A DNA stretch of 64,000 bases, from the NCBI GenBank assembly GCA_950097015.1, contig CATNEN010000001.1, forward strand, positions 19,654,001 to 19,718,000, given 5' to 3'. This document shows positions 25,201 through 45,160 of this stretch, one piece after another. Under the pieces are notes generated by a model. The model saw only the letters and a list, made by a program, of their open reading frames with translations. It searched no databases and had not been told where the DNA came from. Source of the stretch: Macrostomum hystrix. Lineage: Eukaryota > Animalia > Platyhelminthes. The position numbers and the translations under genes were made by a program. Every line of letters starts with the position of its first letter. Within the stretch, counting starts at the first letter, position 1.

Positions 25201-28200
25201 ACTAATATCAGAACAATGTCACTCCTGACTAATATCAGAAAAATGTCACTCCAGACTAATATCAGAACAATGTCACTCCTGACTAATATCAGAACAATGT
25301 CACTCCTGACTAATAACAGAAAAATGTCACTCCAGACTAATATCAGAACAATGTCACTCCTGACTAATAACAGAACAATGTCACTCCAGACTAATAACAG
25401 AACAATGTCACTCCAGACTAATATCAGAACAATGTCACTCCAGACTAATATCAGAACAATGTCACTCCAGACTAATATCAGAACAGTATCACTCCTGACT
25501 AATAACAGAACAATGTCACTCCTGACTAATAACAGAACAATGTCACTCCAGACTAATATCAGAACAATGTCACTCCAGACTAATAACAGAACAATGTCAC
25601 TCCAGACTAATATCAGAACAATGTCACTCCAGACTAATATCAGAACAATGTCACTCCAGACTAATAACAGAACAATGTCACTCCAGACTAATATCAGAAC
25701 AATGTCACTCCAGACTAATAACAGAACAATGTCACTCCAGACTAATATCAGAACAGTGTCACTCCTGACTAATATCAGAACAATGTCACTGCTGACTAAT
25801 ATCAGAACAATGTCACTCCAGACTAATATCAGAACAATGTCACTCCAGACTAATATCAGAACAATGTCACTCCAGCAAAATGTCCGCCCACAAGTGTCGC
25901 ATAACGCCTCACCATTCCTGGTGCTGATGCCCACCAGCTTGATGATGTTGGGATGGGGATTGCGGCTCATCAGCTTCATGATCTCCATCTCCTTGTACAG
26001 AGCGATCAACTCCTCCTCTGTGTAGTTGCCTGGAATGTGGTGGTGTCGATTTTAGAGTTTTAAAAGAGTGTCTTCCATGTTGAAGTTCTTAGATTCTGGC
26101 TCGTAATTAAGGGCATTTTTATTAAATCTAAAGTATATTTTTAGAATGTTGAGTCGGAATCAGAAATCGGAATGGGGATTCAGAAATGAAGTTTTAGAAG
26201 ATTTTTAAACGGGGATTTAAGGAGATTTTGGGATTTCGAAGTGTTTTAGAGAGATTTTGGGATTAGCAGGGGCTTTTGAGAGATTTTGGGATAAGAATAA
26301 GATTTTATGGGATTTTGGGATTAGAAGGTGATGTAGGGAGATTTTAGAAAAAAATGATCTCTTGGGAGATTTCGGGATTAGAAGGGAACTTAAGGGAGAG
26401 TTTAGGATTTTAAAACGGAATTTATGGAGATCGGGATTAGAAGGGGATGTAAGTAGGTCTGTTGGGATTATCAATCAAGTTATGCAATAGCTGACATCAC
26501 AGGAGTCAATTGACTCGCACTCACGTTTGAGCATCTTAACGGCCACATCGCGCGGCTGGTTGCCAATCACCAGCTGGCCCGAGTGAACGCTGCCAAATGC
26601 ACCTTCGCCAAGGAGACGGAACAGCTGCACCCTGAGGAATCGAATGGGTTGAAAGGGGTTCGTCAGAATACTTTTCTGTCCCCCTAATATCACTCCCCCA
26701 GTCACTCTTGAGTCCCAAAGTCACTCTCATACTCACTCTTCACTCTCAAAGTCACTCTCCACTCTCCGATCACTCTCCCAGTCACTCTTCCCTCTCTGAT
26801 CACTCCCCCAGTCAATCTTCATTTCACAATCACTCTCTGTCACTCTTCACTCTCCGATCACTCTCCCAGTCACTCTTCCCTCTCTGATCACTCCCCCAGT
26901 CAATCTTCATTTCACAATCACTCTCTGTCACTCTTCACTCTCCGATCACTCTCCCAGTCAATCTTCAACCTCTGATCACTCCCCCAGTCACTCTTCACTT
27001 TACAATCACTCTCCCAGTCACTCTTCACTCTCCGATCACTCTCCCAGTCACTCTTCACTCTCCGATCACTCTCCCAGTCACTCTTCACTCTCCGATCACT
27101 CTCCCAGTCACTTTTCACTCTTCGATCACTCTCTCAGTCACTCTTCAACCTCTGATCACTCTCCCAGTCACTTTTCACTCTTCGATCACTCTCTCAGTCA
27201 CTCTTCAACCTCTGATCAATCTCCCAGTCACTTTTCACTCTTCGATCACTCTCTCAGTCACTCTTCAACCTCTGATCACTCTCCCAGTCACTCTTCACTT
27301 TACAATCACTCTCCCAGTCACTCTTCACTATCCGATCACTCTCCCAGTCACTCCCAGAAGCAGCAGAGTCACTCACCGTTTCCTATCAACCTCCAGCACG
27401 GGGCAGCTGGGAATGATGTAGCGCACTTCTCTATTGATTCTCTCCCCGGCCTCGTCGTCGTCGGCGTCGCCGTTGTTTCGCCGGGAGCCGAAGCCCAGAC
27501 GAGAGCGCGACGATCGAATGCGCTCGACCACAACTTCGGGCACGGACGGCAGCCGGGACACTGAGGAGTCGGCAACGGCGGTGGTAACGCATCCCGACGC
27601 TGCGTCGGAGGAGCTCTCGCAGCTAGTCGACGCGGTGTCGCCCCGCTGACGTCCGGTCAAGTAGAGCTCGCTGTTGTCAGCGCAAACAACTCGCAGGCGC
27701 TTCTTGATTGGTTCCGAGCGACGCTTGGCGTAGAAATAGATGAAGATGAGTATGGCGACCGTCACAAACACGACTAGGCCGGCGGCCGCTCCGTAGCCAA
27801 TGATCTGGACTCTGGCCGCGTCTGGAAGCAATGGGATTTGGGATAGCCCTGTTATTTCAGATTATCTTGCGACTTTTAGACAATCGTTGGATTTATGAAA
27901 ATTTGTCGATTTTGAATAATCTAGGGATTTATGGATAATCCTTAGGTTTAGGATAATCATGGGATTTTAGATTATCCTTGGATTTTAGACACGATAGTCA
28001 TAGGATTAGGTGGGATTAACGATAGTGAATGGTAATTAGGATTTCGATTTCAAAAGGGACATGGATTAGGATGCTTATTGTTAGATATGATATTTAGGCA
28101 GATGATAGGGTTCCATAACGATGGTATAAATCAGTGCTCACAGGCCAACTCATGGAGCCTGGATGCAGCCTCGCCAACCACGCAGTCAGACAGGATCTCC

Positions 28201-31200
28201 AGTCGTGAGTACACTAGTTCAGTGCGAAGGGTGGTAGAGTCCTGCGCTGAACAAGCATAGTAGCCGTCATCTTTGACAGACGCACTGTCTATAACCAGCT
28301 TCATTCGAAGATCGTTAACGCCAACAGTCACCAAGGCGGAGCTCTTGGCTTCGCTCAGCTCGCTGAAGTTGCGCTTGTACTTGTGCAGGGCCAGCATCTC
28401 GAAGGAGTCGTACTGAACTATGCTGCCAAAGTCGTCAAATTTGGGATTTTTCAGTCGCATAATCATCAGGTGGACTGTAGCAGGTTTGACTAAGCAATCT
28501 AATTCCACCCGGCCTCCAAGACAAGCCGAGGTGTTCTTGTTGAACTCCAGCTGAGGCGGAACGTCAGGAGCGCTGCCGTGAATCATGTCGGATAGGTCAG
28601 CGGCAAAGCCGAGCCGGAAGAACATGTCCAGGGAACTGTTGCGGTAGCTGGCTGAGCACCTGGGCGTCAGGTGGCGAATTCGTGCACTTTGTTTACTAGT
28701 TAATAAATATATTTATCCTCATTTGGTGTTAATAAATCCCTATTGATCCCAAAGAATGACTTTCATATACGTTTTATTTTAAAATTGCAGGAGGCCTGCG
28801 GGCAGTGGCACATCATTTGGTGACACTAGACCCGCAGTCAGCGACGAGGCAGTTCTGCCCATTCCGCTGACTCCTGAGCACACACGCACACAGAACTGTA
28901 CGCAGGCATACAATTCACTGTGCCTCAAGGACGTAAATTACATGACAAGCCTCCAAGTCCTCTCTCCGCGGCTGCGTCTAAAATGAATGTGGCCTCGCCG
29001 CGGAATCGAGCTCAGGGACCTTGGTGCGAGGGACAAACGCGTTAACCGCTCAGTCACTCACCCCCCCCCCCTATTTAATAGTTTGCATTCCTAAACTTTG
29101 ATTCACAATATTAGCATCTTGCACAAACTGGTATTTCACTGGGATTTCCCAAACGGGACGGGATCTATTCCCGTATACAGCATTATGTTTTCTAAAGACT
29201 CACTTGTAAATGCCATGCGAATAGTCATTAGCCTGCAGAGTAGCCAGTTGAGCATGATAGCAGGACACGGTGAGGTTCGATTCCTCCCACTCCTGGCCCA
29301 GGTACGCCAGGCCAAAGTCTTTCAAAACGCAAGGAACCAGCCGTAGTGGCTCAATGGCATAGCCCGGCCTAGAAGTCTTGACCACCGGTCGGAATGGCCG
29401 CTCCAGATTGTGATAGTCCCGGTCCGGACTGCGGAACCACCGGATGCCGATGTCGCCCGGAGCCGGCTGCTCACCGCGCGGATGCGCCAAAAGGAAGCGA
29501 CAGTCGAACGGCAAGTCCTGTGGATCATTGCGGTACACCAACAGATTCTGCGGAGCCTCATTCTGACGAGTCAGGTAGAGCCGACCCGACTGCAGCAGGT
29601 GCGGCTCGTCAGGCGGGTAGAACGGCAACCGCGACCGCACCGAGGGATGCGGACACCAGCCGGTGGTGTCCACGATCAGCTGCTGGGTGAGCAGCGATTG
29701 AGCCGAGTAACAGTCCAGCTGGCGCCTATCGGGACAATCGGGTCTGGCCGGATACAGCTCATCTTGAGCTAAGCGACAGGTGAAATTGCCACCGAGCGAA
29801 GGCAGCACTCGAGTAATCACCAGCTTTGTGCCGCGGTGAGTTCGACGTAGGAAACGGCTGTGGCTGAGGGATTTTTGAAGGATGGGATCAGAATACTCCA
29901 AATGGGACCAGAATACTCCCACCAATGCGATCTAAATACTCAGAATGGGATATGGCTACACACAATCGGATCAGGATACTTACAATGGGATCTGATAAGC
30001 CAGAATGAGATCTGGATACCCCTTGGGGGGATATGGAAACCCACCTCACAATGGGACTTGGGATAACGATCTGACTAAATACGATTGGGATCAAGGCAGC
30101 CAAAGGCAAAGCTGTTTATAATAAATTCAAAAATATTTTAATACTCACCTCGTAGTGCCGTTCTTGTAAAACTGTATCCACGTTCCATTTAAATACCATT
30201 CGATTTGGTATTTGCATCGCATGCCTGGGTACCGATTCTGGGCATCGACATCGCAACTCAATAACAAGTCGGCTGACTGGTTGCAGAAGGACACACTCGG
30301 CAACACCGGGATGAAGCTTAGTTTTCTGCACTCTTTCCTTTTGCGAGCACTGCTCAGGCTATTGCTATTAGAGGATCGGACCTCCTTTGAGTCAGCTAGA
30401 AGACAGCACAACTGGCTGAGCAGCACTGAGGATTTGTGATGGAAGCAGCTGTTGTTGATTCTGAATTCGCACTCGCCTGAATTATTCCCAAGGGCTGTTC
30501 CTCCTCACCTGAACCTCAGCCTGAAAATTATGTCTATGAGCTGATCTACCCAACCTGAAGTACCTGAATACGATGTCTATGGGCTGATCTACCCAACCTG
30601 AAGTACCTGAATACGATGTCTATGGGCTGATCTACCCAACCTGAAGTACCTGAATACGATATGACTATTGACTGATCTACCCTACCTGAAGTACCTGAAT
30701 ACGATATGACTATTGACTGATCTACCCAACCTGAAGTACCTGAATACGATATGTCTATTGACTGATCTACCCAACCTGAAGTACCTGAATACGATATGAC
30801 TATTGACTGATCTACCCTACCTGAAGTACCTGAATACGATATGACTATTGACTGATCTACCCTACCTGAAGTACCTGAATACGATATGACTATTGACTGA
30901 TCTACCCTACCTGAAGTACCTGAATACGATATGACTATTGACTGATCTACCCTACCTGAAGTACCTGAAGACGATACGTCCATTGACTGATCTACCCAAC
31001 CTGAACTAACGTGATAATAATGTCCATGAACCAGCCTTTCTCACCTGAATAAAATGTCTATTTTAAACAGTATTGACCAAACGGTATTTGGTCATTTGAC
31101 CCGCGGTTGTTATTCCAAAGACTAAGTTTAGGATCTGACAGCAAGAACTTACCAAGATGAATAACTAGCTTCATAAAAGCCATCTCATCTGCGGCAATCG

Positions 31201-31587
31201 CAATCAACAGAAATCAGAAAGTAAAAAACTACTTATTAAATAAAAACTAGATCACAGAAATTCCGAACACTTGATTGAATAAAAAATATCTGACGTTTCT
31301 ATGCAAATGCAATCGATTTATATATGTCCAACTTATTTGGAGACTAGCTATAATTGGATGGCTGATCGATTGACATTGAGCAATCGATAACTCTGATTAG
31401 ATCACGCCTCTTACGATTGCGATATGAATGCAAACAATCTGACGAAAATGTTAAGCATGAGTTGGTATATGCGCACTGTATGGTATTAGCGTGATCGAGC
31501 CTGTTCAGAATCTAACTAGAGATAATTGACGCAACAGCATTTGAAAAACTTACCGATCAGTGAGAGCAATGAGTGAGCGTCTCGCAT
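13285..31587 (-). CDS. FGFR: FGFR-family receptor tyrosine kinase (Ig-like ectodomain, TM, kinase), 12 exons, about 990 aa
   Basis: Exons in transcript order: 31587-31554, 31188-31153, 30476-30149, 29863-29204, 28659-28142, 27821-27377, 26631-26525, 26029-25913, 20446-20235, 19088-18948, 17270-17200, 13588-13285 (2973 nt, in frame). Motifs: Ig DDGYYAC and GIYKC; [19 protein letters not shown]; [55 protein letters not shown]. Kinase intron positions match vertebrate FGFRs. The first two exons and the 28142 donor are less certain. Confidence 0.88.
13742..15408. repeat. 21-bp minisatellite GATTCGTGTTTCCTAATGATT (FGFR last intron)
   Basis: Tandem repeat, about 79 copies. Confidence 0.97.
16120..17097. 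repeat. 21-bp minisatellite CAGATCCTGAATAATCCCATT (FGFR last intron)
   Basis: Tandem repeat, about 46 copies. Confidence 0.97.
18018..18871. repeat. 21-bp minisatellite CTCCCAGCCTCCCATTACCTT (FGFR intron)
   Basis: Tandem repeat, about 40 copies. Confidence 0.97.
19262..19790. repeat. 30-bp minisatellite GAGAGTGATCTCGGAGTGAAGAGTGACTGG (FGFR intron)
   Basis: Tandem repeat; inverted relative of 26690-27356. Confidence 0.96.
20537..23915. repeat. About 22-bp variable minisatellite GAGAGTGACAAGAGTGATCAG(T/G) with higher-order blocks (FGFR intron)
   Basis: Tandem repeat of 3.4 kb; identical variant strings recur at about 21505, 22276 and 23180. Confidence 0.97.
24506..25875. repeat. 27-bp minisatellite CAGAACAATGTCACTCCAGACTAATAT (FGFR intron)
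   Basis: Tandem repeat, about 50 copies. Confidence 0.97.
26690..27356. repeat. 30-bp minisatellite TCCGATCACTCTCCCAGTCACTCTTCACTC (FGFR intron)
   Basis: Tandem repeat. Confidence 0.95.
28786..29071 (-). mobile_element. tRNA-derived SINE family A, near full length
   Basis: Reverse complement aligns end to end with 61778-62108 (with an internal deletion). Confidence 0.85.
30540..31005. repeat. 45-bp minisatellite CTGATCTACCCTACCTGAAGTACCTGAATACGATATGACTATTGA (FGFR intron 2)
   Basis: Tandem repeat, about 10 copies. Confidence 0.95.
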
Positions 31588-31714
31588 AATAAAAGTAACA
31601 GTTCTGTTATTTGCCTAATCAATTGGAAATTTTAACAGCAGACGAGGCGGTCTAAGTTGTGCCATCGTTATCAAACTCGCGCAAATATAATCATGGAAAA
31701 CTCCACTCCACTGC

Positions 31715-31775
31715 CTTCAATTGGCTGGACTGGATGGATGATTTTAGCCAGCCGGGCCTCGCCTATTGGCCAGCG
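31715..31775 (-). promoter_or_regulatory. Putative FGFR promoter with two CCAAT boxes
   Basis: ATTGGCT at about 31720 and ATTGGCC at about 31765, in a GC-richer patch upstream of the predicted first exon. Confidence 0.35.
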
Positions 31776-33013
31776 GGGCCAGGGGAGGAGAGAAGGGTTG
31801 GGGCAGAAAGTTAACGCACCCAGAATGATGAATGATGGATCGATAAAGTGCGGCCGCGCAGGCTTTAGCCACAGTTAGCCTATTTTATTAGGACTCTAGG
31901 AACACTGTAAGAAACTGAGTCAGGTCTTTGTTCGGAGAGGATCCATTGTTCAAGTTGATTGTTAAAAATCGACGCTATTTTCCAGAGAAACATACTAGAC
32001 CCTTCCCCTCTTTCTCTATGCCCCAACTTCACAAGGTTATTGAGGGAAACTTTAAATAAGGACAATGACTGGAATACAAATTCAAAGATGTTAAACTGAA
32101 ATAATTGAAGCCACAAGGAAGACGGAAAGCAAGGACAGATTTTCAATCGATCGACATAACGCAACATATTGCAACCGAAAGAATTATTATATAATAACAG
32201 AAATGATTAGAGCGTAGACAAACACAGCTTCAGCGATTTTTTATTGTTATTGAATTGTGCTTTTTGAATGAACATAAACTTAATGACGATAATAGGACCT
32301 CATAATAACAACAATAATACCAAGTGAATCTTTCCAATACGTATTGCATTAATATAGTTAATAGCAGAATGCGGTATGACAAGGTGCTTCGATTCCGGTT
32401 GCTAAGGAAAGCAGCAAATCATATTGCCCGTGGAATCTTTTAAGGTGAACAAAAAAACAAAAAATTGAACAAATTATTAAGAACGCGACTTGCATCTTAT
32501 GGATTTCTGTTTTGAGTTTTTCTTTCAAGCGAATAATATGGCAAAATCAGCTGACAAACAATTAGAATACTACTTACTCGCTGTGCTACTTGTGAGTAGC
32601 GAGAATGACTACTTTTCTATTGGAACTCACTTCATAATACCACGAAATAAATAACATAAAATAACGGCAACCGCTTTTTAAGCAGAATGTTTATGCCAAT
32701 TTTTTATCTGTGGGAATTTTCTTTATCATTTTAGAGTACAAGTGACTAATATTGCAAGATAGAAAATGTTTAAAACAAAAGCACAAACGACGCAGACTGC
32801 AAAACACACCTTTTCAGAATTCGCAGCCGGAAAGATACAGAATATAATTATTGAAACCAAACCTCACAATTTAACAACAATCAATGCAAAAAAGCTAACA
32901 ATGAAAGGTGTTCACATTTCCTATAGATAAAGAGAAAATACAAATAGGACAATGCTAGACCATTGACAATGCTTTCAGAATGCTTTCTATACTCAGCTGG
33001 TCAACAGATATAA

Positions 33014-33037
33014 GTGTGACCCTTAAAAGGGCCGTTT
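33014..33037 (-). other. Histone 3' stem-loop-like element (distal copy) in the putative HIPK 3' UTR
   Basis: Minus strand reads AAAC-GGCCCT-TTTA-AGGGTC-ACAC. Confidence 0.55.
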
Positions 33038-33327
33038 AAACGAATCCCTTATAATTTTTAGTCTCTTCCTTTGAATGTATCTATCTTAGCCGAATAACTC
33101 CTTTAAAAAGAAAGCACTTATATGTGTTTAAATTAGCTTAGCTTACACTATACAAAAGAGTACACACTTGCGCTAACAAAGAGCAGAAAACACACTTTAC
33201 AAAAGATTTGAAAAACAGTCTCTATTTATTTGCAGCGCGAGGGAATATATTTAAACAAGCAACAACAAACACACTCTAATAAATAGAAAAAAATTGAGAA
33301 TTACAACTGCAGAAATCGCGTACACAA

Positions 33328-33351
33328 ATGCGACCCTTAAAAGGGCCGTTT
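33328..33351 (-). other. Histone 3' stem-loop-like element (proximal copy) in the putative HIPK 3' UTR
   Basis: Minus strand reads AAAC-GGCCCT-TTTA-AGGGTC-GCAT. Confidence 0.5.
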
Positions 33352-34567
33352 CAATCTAATTTTTCGAATCTAAATAGATCTATGTGTATGTGCAAACAAT
33401 TAATTTCTATTTGAGATAAATAAGCGCTAATACATATCAGAGTTTATTTATTAACAATGACTACAATAGGTAGACAATGGAATTATCAATATTTCCAAAA
33501 GCATATTGCAAAGACAGCTTGCTCACAAGGACACAAAAACACACGAGCGAGATGAGCACGACAGACAAAGCTAACAAGAGGCAAAGTTAGAAAAACAGAG
33601 TAAAATAGTTACCAACTGACAATGCACAAATTGTGCGTAAGATTATCAAATGAAAAAGCAAATTAAATTAGTTATTGGGATGCTAAACATAATTCAGAGG
33701 TATTGGTGACCTTGACAACCTGGGATCTTCAACCGGCATTTTCAAAACCGACAAATAGCTTCAAAGTTCAGAGTGACTAAGAAAAAAATTAAATAAAAAA
33801 GGAACAAACAAAGAACAAACAAACAAAAATAGATAAACGAAGGCATGAACATTGTAAAACAAGCGATGCAATATAATAAGTTTACATTCAAATGAATGGC
33901 TTAAAAATTAACAAGAAACAATAAATTGGCAGTGCCGACTGCGGAAAGAAATTCAATCTAATAAAAAATGAAAGATACAAACGAATAATAAACTCTAGCA
34001 AATTGCGCGGAAAATCAAAATGAAAGATAATCACCACACAAAATTAGATATTTTTCGCGGGTTTAAATACGCACACATAATTTGAATTCGCGCCAAAGTA
34101 GTATAACAAAGCTACAATTTATTAACCAAATTAGAAGGATTGAAAAACGTTTGTTATACCTTTAGAACGAATTAAAAATACAAAAATACTACTATTTCAA
34201 GCAGAAAATGAAAAATTAAGGGGCAAAGCAATAAACACACAAGAGCACAAGCAATTCAAATGAAACACCTAGTGAATAATAAGAATAAAGCAAAATAAAC
34301 CATGCTTGCTTCATACTACTGTCCTAGTTTAAACAGGCCAGTAGCATAACGGAGATTTCATTTGAGATTTTTATACAAAACTAGCCAAGCGAGACAACAA
34401 GGCAGACAAACCAGCGGCAAACATCCAATTAGAAAGGATATTTCTGTCTAATTAAAAGTGAATAAAAATTCCCCGCCGATTTGAACAAACAAAAAAGTTC
34501 CGTTGTTAAGCTGACAATAACACGTTTTCTTTTAAACCAAAGATTCCAAGAATTCAGTTGCGAACTG

Positions 34568-42939
<8,372 letters not shown>

Positions 42940-43328
42940 CTACAGGCTACGAATAATTGACTCAAACGGCTCTTAGACTGCTTCTCAGTCTGCTCTCAAC
43001 TGCCAGCTGTTGCCAAAGCAGCAAAAGACGATTCACTGACTGCAGAATTGACTGAAACGATTTTTTATAGATATTATATATAGTAACAATATTAAACATA
43101 ATATTTAATAGTAATTGAAACCAGAAAATCAGTTCAAACAGAAATAACTGTTCATATGAATAGTCATTTTTAATATATTCAATTATTATTTCATTCATTA
43201 AAATAAATTTAATTTCACATACTTGGTTACTAAGGTGATCAGAAAAGCACTTATAAATATAGCAATGAAGGCTAAATAAGATGCAATAGAGCTTTTGCCG
43301 TTCAATCTCAGTGTTTTGTCATTCATAC

Positions 43329-44404
43329 CAAGGACTTCTATATAATAGCATCTGGACTGGAAGCGAAGAAATACCCATTACCTCGTGAGGCCAGTTTTTC
43401 CCCTGCTTTCTATGGAATCTGTCAAATTGGGAAATGCAAGATCGGAAATTCAAATGTCGGAAATCCAGAGATGTAATGTAAACTGGCTAGTTCCTTTCTA
43501 GTTCCTAAACTGACAAATCTTGCGGTGCCACTCCAGTTCTTATTCTCATGTGCAGTGTATAGTATTTGAGTGCATCTCGAGTTGAATCACAGAATACTGC
43601 CACTGCCAGCTTCACTTACGACTCCTCGATATTCTTAGGGTTCAGCACAGCAGGGCTGAGCTTGTGAGCAAGTCTCACCGGCTTGTTGGCTTCAGCATTG
43701 AACAGCTCACCGATGTGACAAAAGTGAGCGTCGCAGGCTTCTATCAAAACTGGTGGGAATGCTGGGCAGCGAAATGATTTCCGTGTCTGGAAGTTGTTGT
43801 ATATGTTCTTGAGGTTGTGCACGGGATCGATCACAATGAAGATAGGCTGCCCTGTGACCTTGTAAGTAATTGACTCCTTTAAGTCTCCATCGCACAGAAA
43901 ATCGGCGACGAACTTTCTGTTAACTGGCGCATTATCAACGGATATTGCAATGACGGAGAACTGCAGGCTACGCAGCAAATCCATGACATCCTGGAACCAG
44001 TGACTGAGCTTCTGTGCTGTCAGCTTTGCCACAGGAAACATGGACACCATGTCCTTGTACTTGCCTGCAATTGACTTTATCAAGAAGCAACAGTAGGTTG
44101 AAGCAACCACTCCATCATTGTGGACAGCTGGGGACCGATGGAAAGCCAATTTGAAACGCCATTGAAATCAATTGGAAATGCTTCTCCGAAAAAAGTAGAC
44201 TCCATTTCTCACCACAACATAGGATTTCCACCAAATTCAATGTGCATGCCTGGAATGTAGGCGCCTTGAGATGTGTGACGGCTTAAGTAGATATGTTTCT
44301 CTGGAGAGCCGCTGTGCTCGGCTAAACATTGGCCTCATATGGTAAAATAATTGTGAAATTTATGTCTCGTTTCCAGTCCAGATGCTATTATATAGAAGTC
44401 CTTG
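43329..44404 (-). mobile_element. Internally deleted P-element-superfamily DNA transposon
   Basis: Perfect 34-bp TIR CAAGGACTTCTATATAATAGCATCTGGACTGGAA; exact 8-bp TSD ATTCATAC at 43321-43328 and 44405-44412; internal transposase remnant. Confidence 0.92.
43500..44149 (-). pseudogene. P-element/THAP9-type transposase fragment
   Basis: VIAISVDNAPVNRK and IDPVHNLKNIYNNF (catalytic D and D(2)H motifs), then LAHKLS; homology continues past an in-frame stop as VKLAVAVFCDST. Confidence 0.85.
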
Positions 44405-45062
44405 ATTCATACTCAGCCCGCATAGAATTAATCCAGCCAGTTGGTGTGGTTTTTGGCCCATAGACTATCACTCTGTGCCATTCAATCTCGGGTTGACAAA
44501 ATCTGAGAAAATGCCATATCTATGCTACTGCTTACCATTTAGCCTTTGCCAATAGGGCTCATACATGTGCAACCTCCCAAATCTTAGCCAGCCGTGCGAC
44601 TTAGTTTGCTCTCATTTGCGACTTAGTTCGTTTCATTGCTCTATTTACAACTTAGTTTGCTCTCATTTGCTCTCTTTTTCTCTCCCCTTTTTCCTTTTCT
44701 TCACGCCTTCCTTTTTGTCCCTTGGTCCCCCTTTAATTTTTTTGCGCTTGGTTGATTGGTTTTTGCGACTTACGTTGCTTGGCACTCGTTTCACCTGGCC
44801 AGTTCGACTGGGTTGGCCGGGTGTTGCGTATGTATGATAGGGCTGGCCATCCTGAAGCACTGATATATATTGCTTCAGGATGGGTAATTGAGCATTGTAT
44901 TGTATTATATCAACAACAACCCTAGGTCCTAGGTCAGAAGAAAACCTTCAGGGCTTTTAAAAAATGATGACATGATTTCCAAAGATAACAAGTTTAGAGA
45001 AACTTTCAATCAGAATGTTAACCTGTTTGACATGTTTTGAATTACAAAGCTCTTAAAAATTA

Positions 45063-45160
45063 TGGGGTTGAGTGGCAGAGTGGTTAATGTTTTTGTCTAC
45101 GAGTATTAGGCCTTAGGTCCCTGAGCTCAATTCTATCTCAAGGCAACATTTATTTATAAA
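45063..45160 (+). mobile_element. Degenerate SINE family A head
   Basis: GAGTGGCAGAGTGGTTAA...AGGTCCCTGAGCTCAATTC matches the head of the 61778 copy. Confidence 0.6.
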
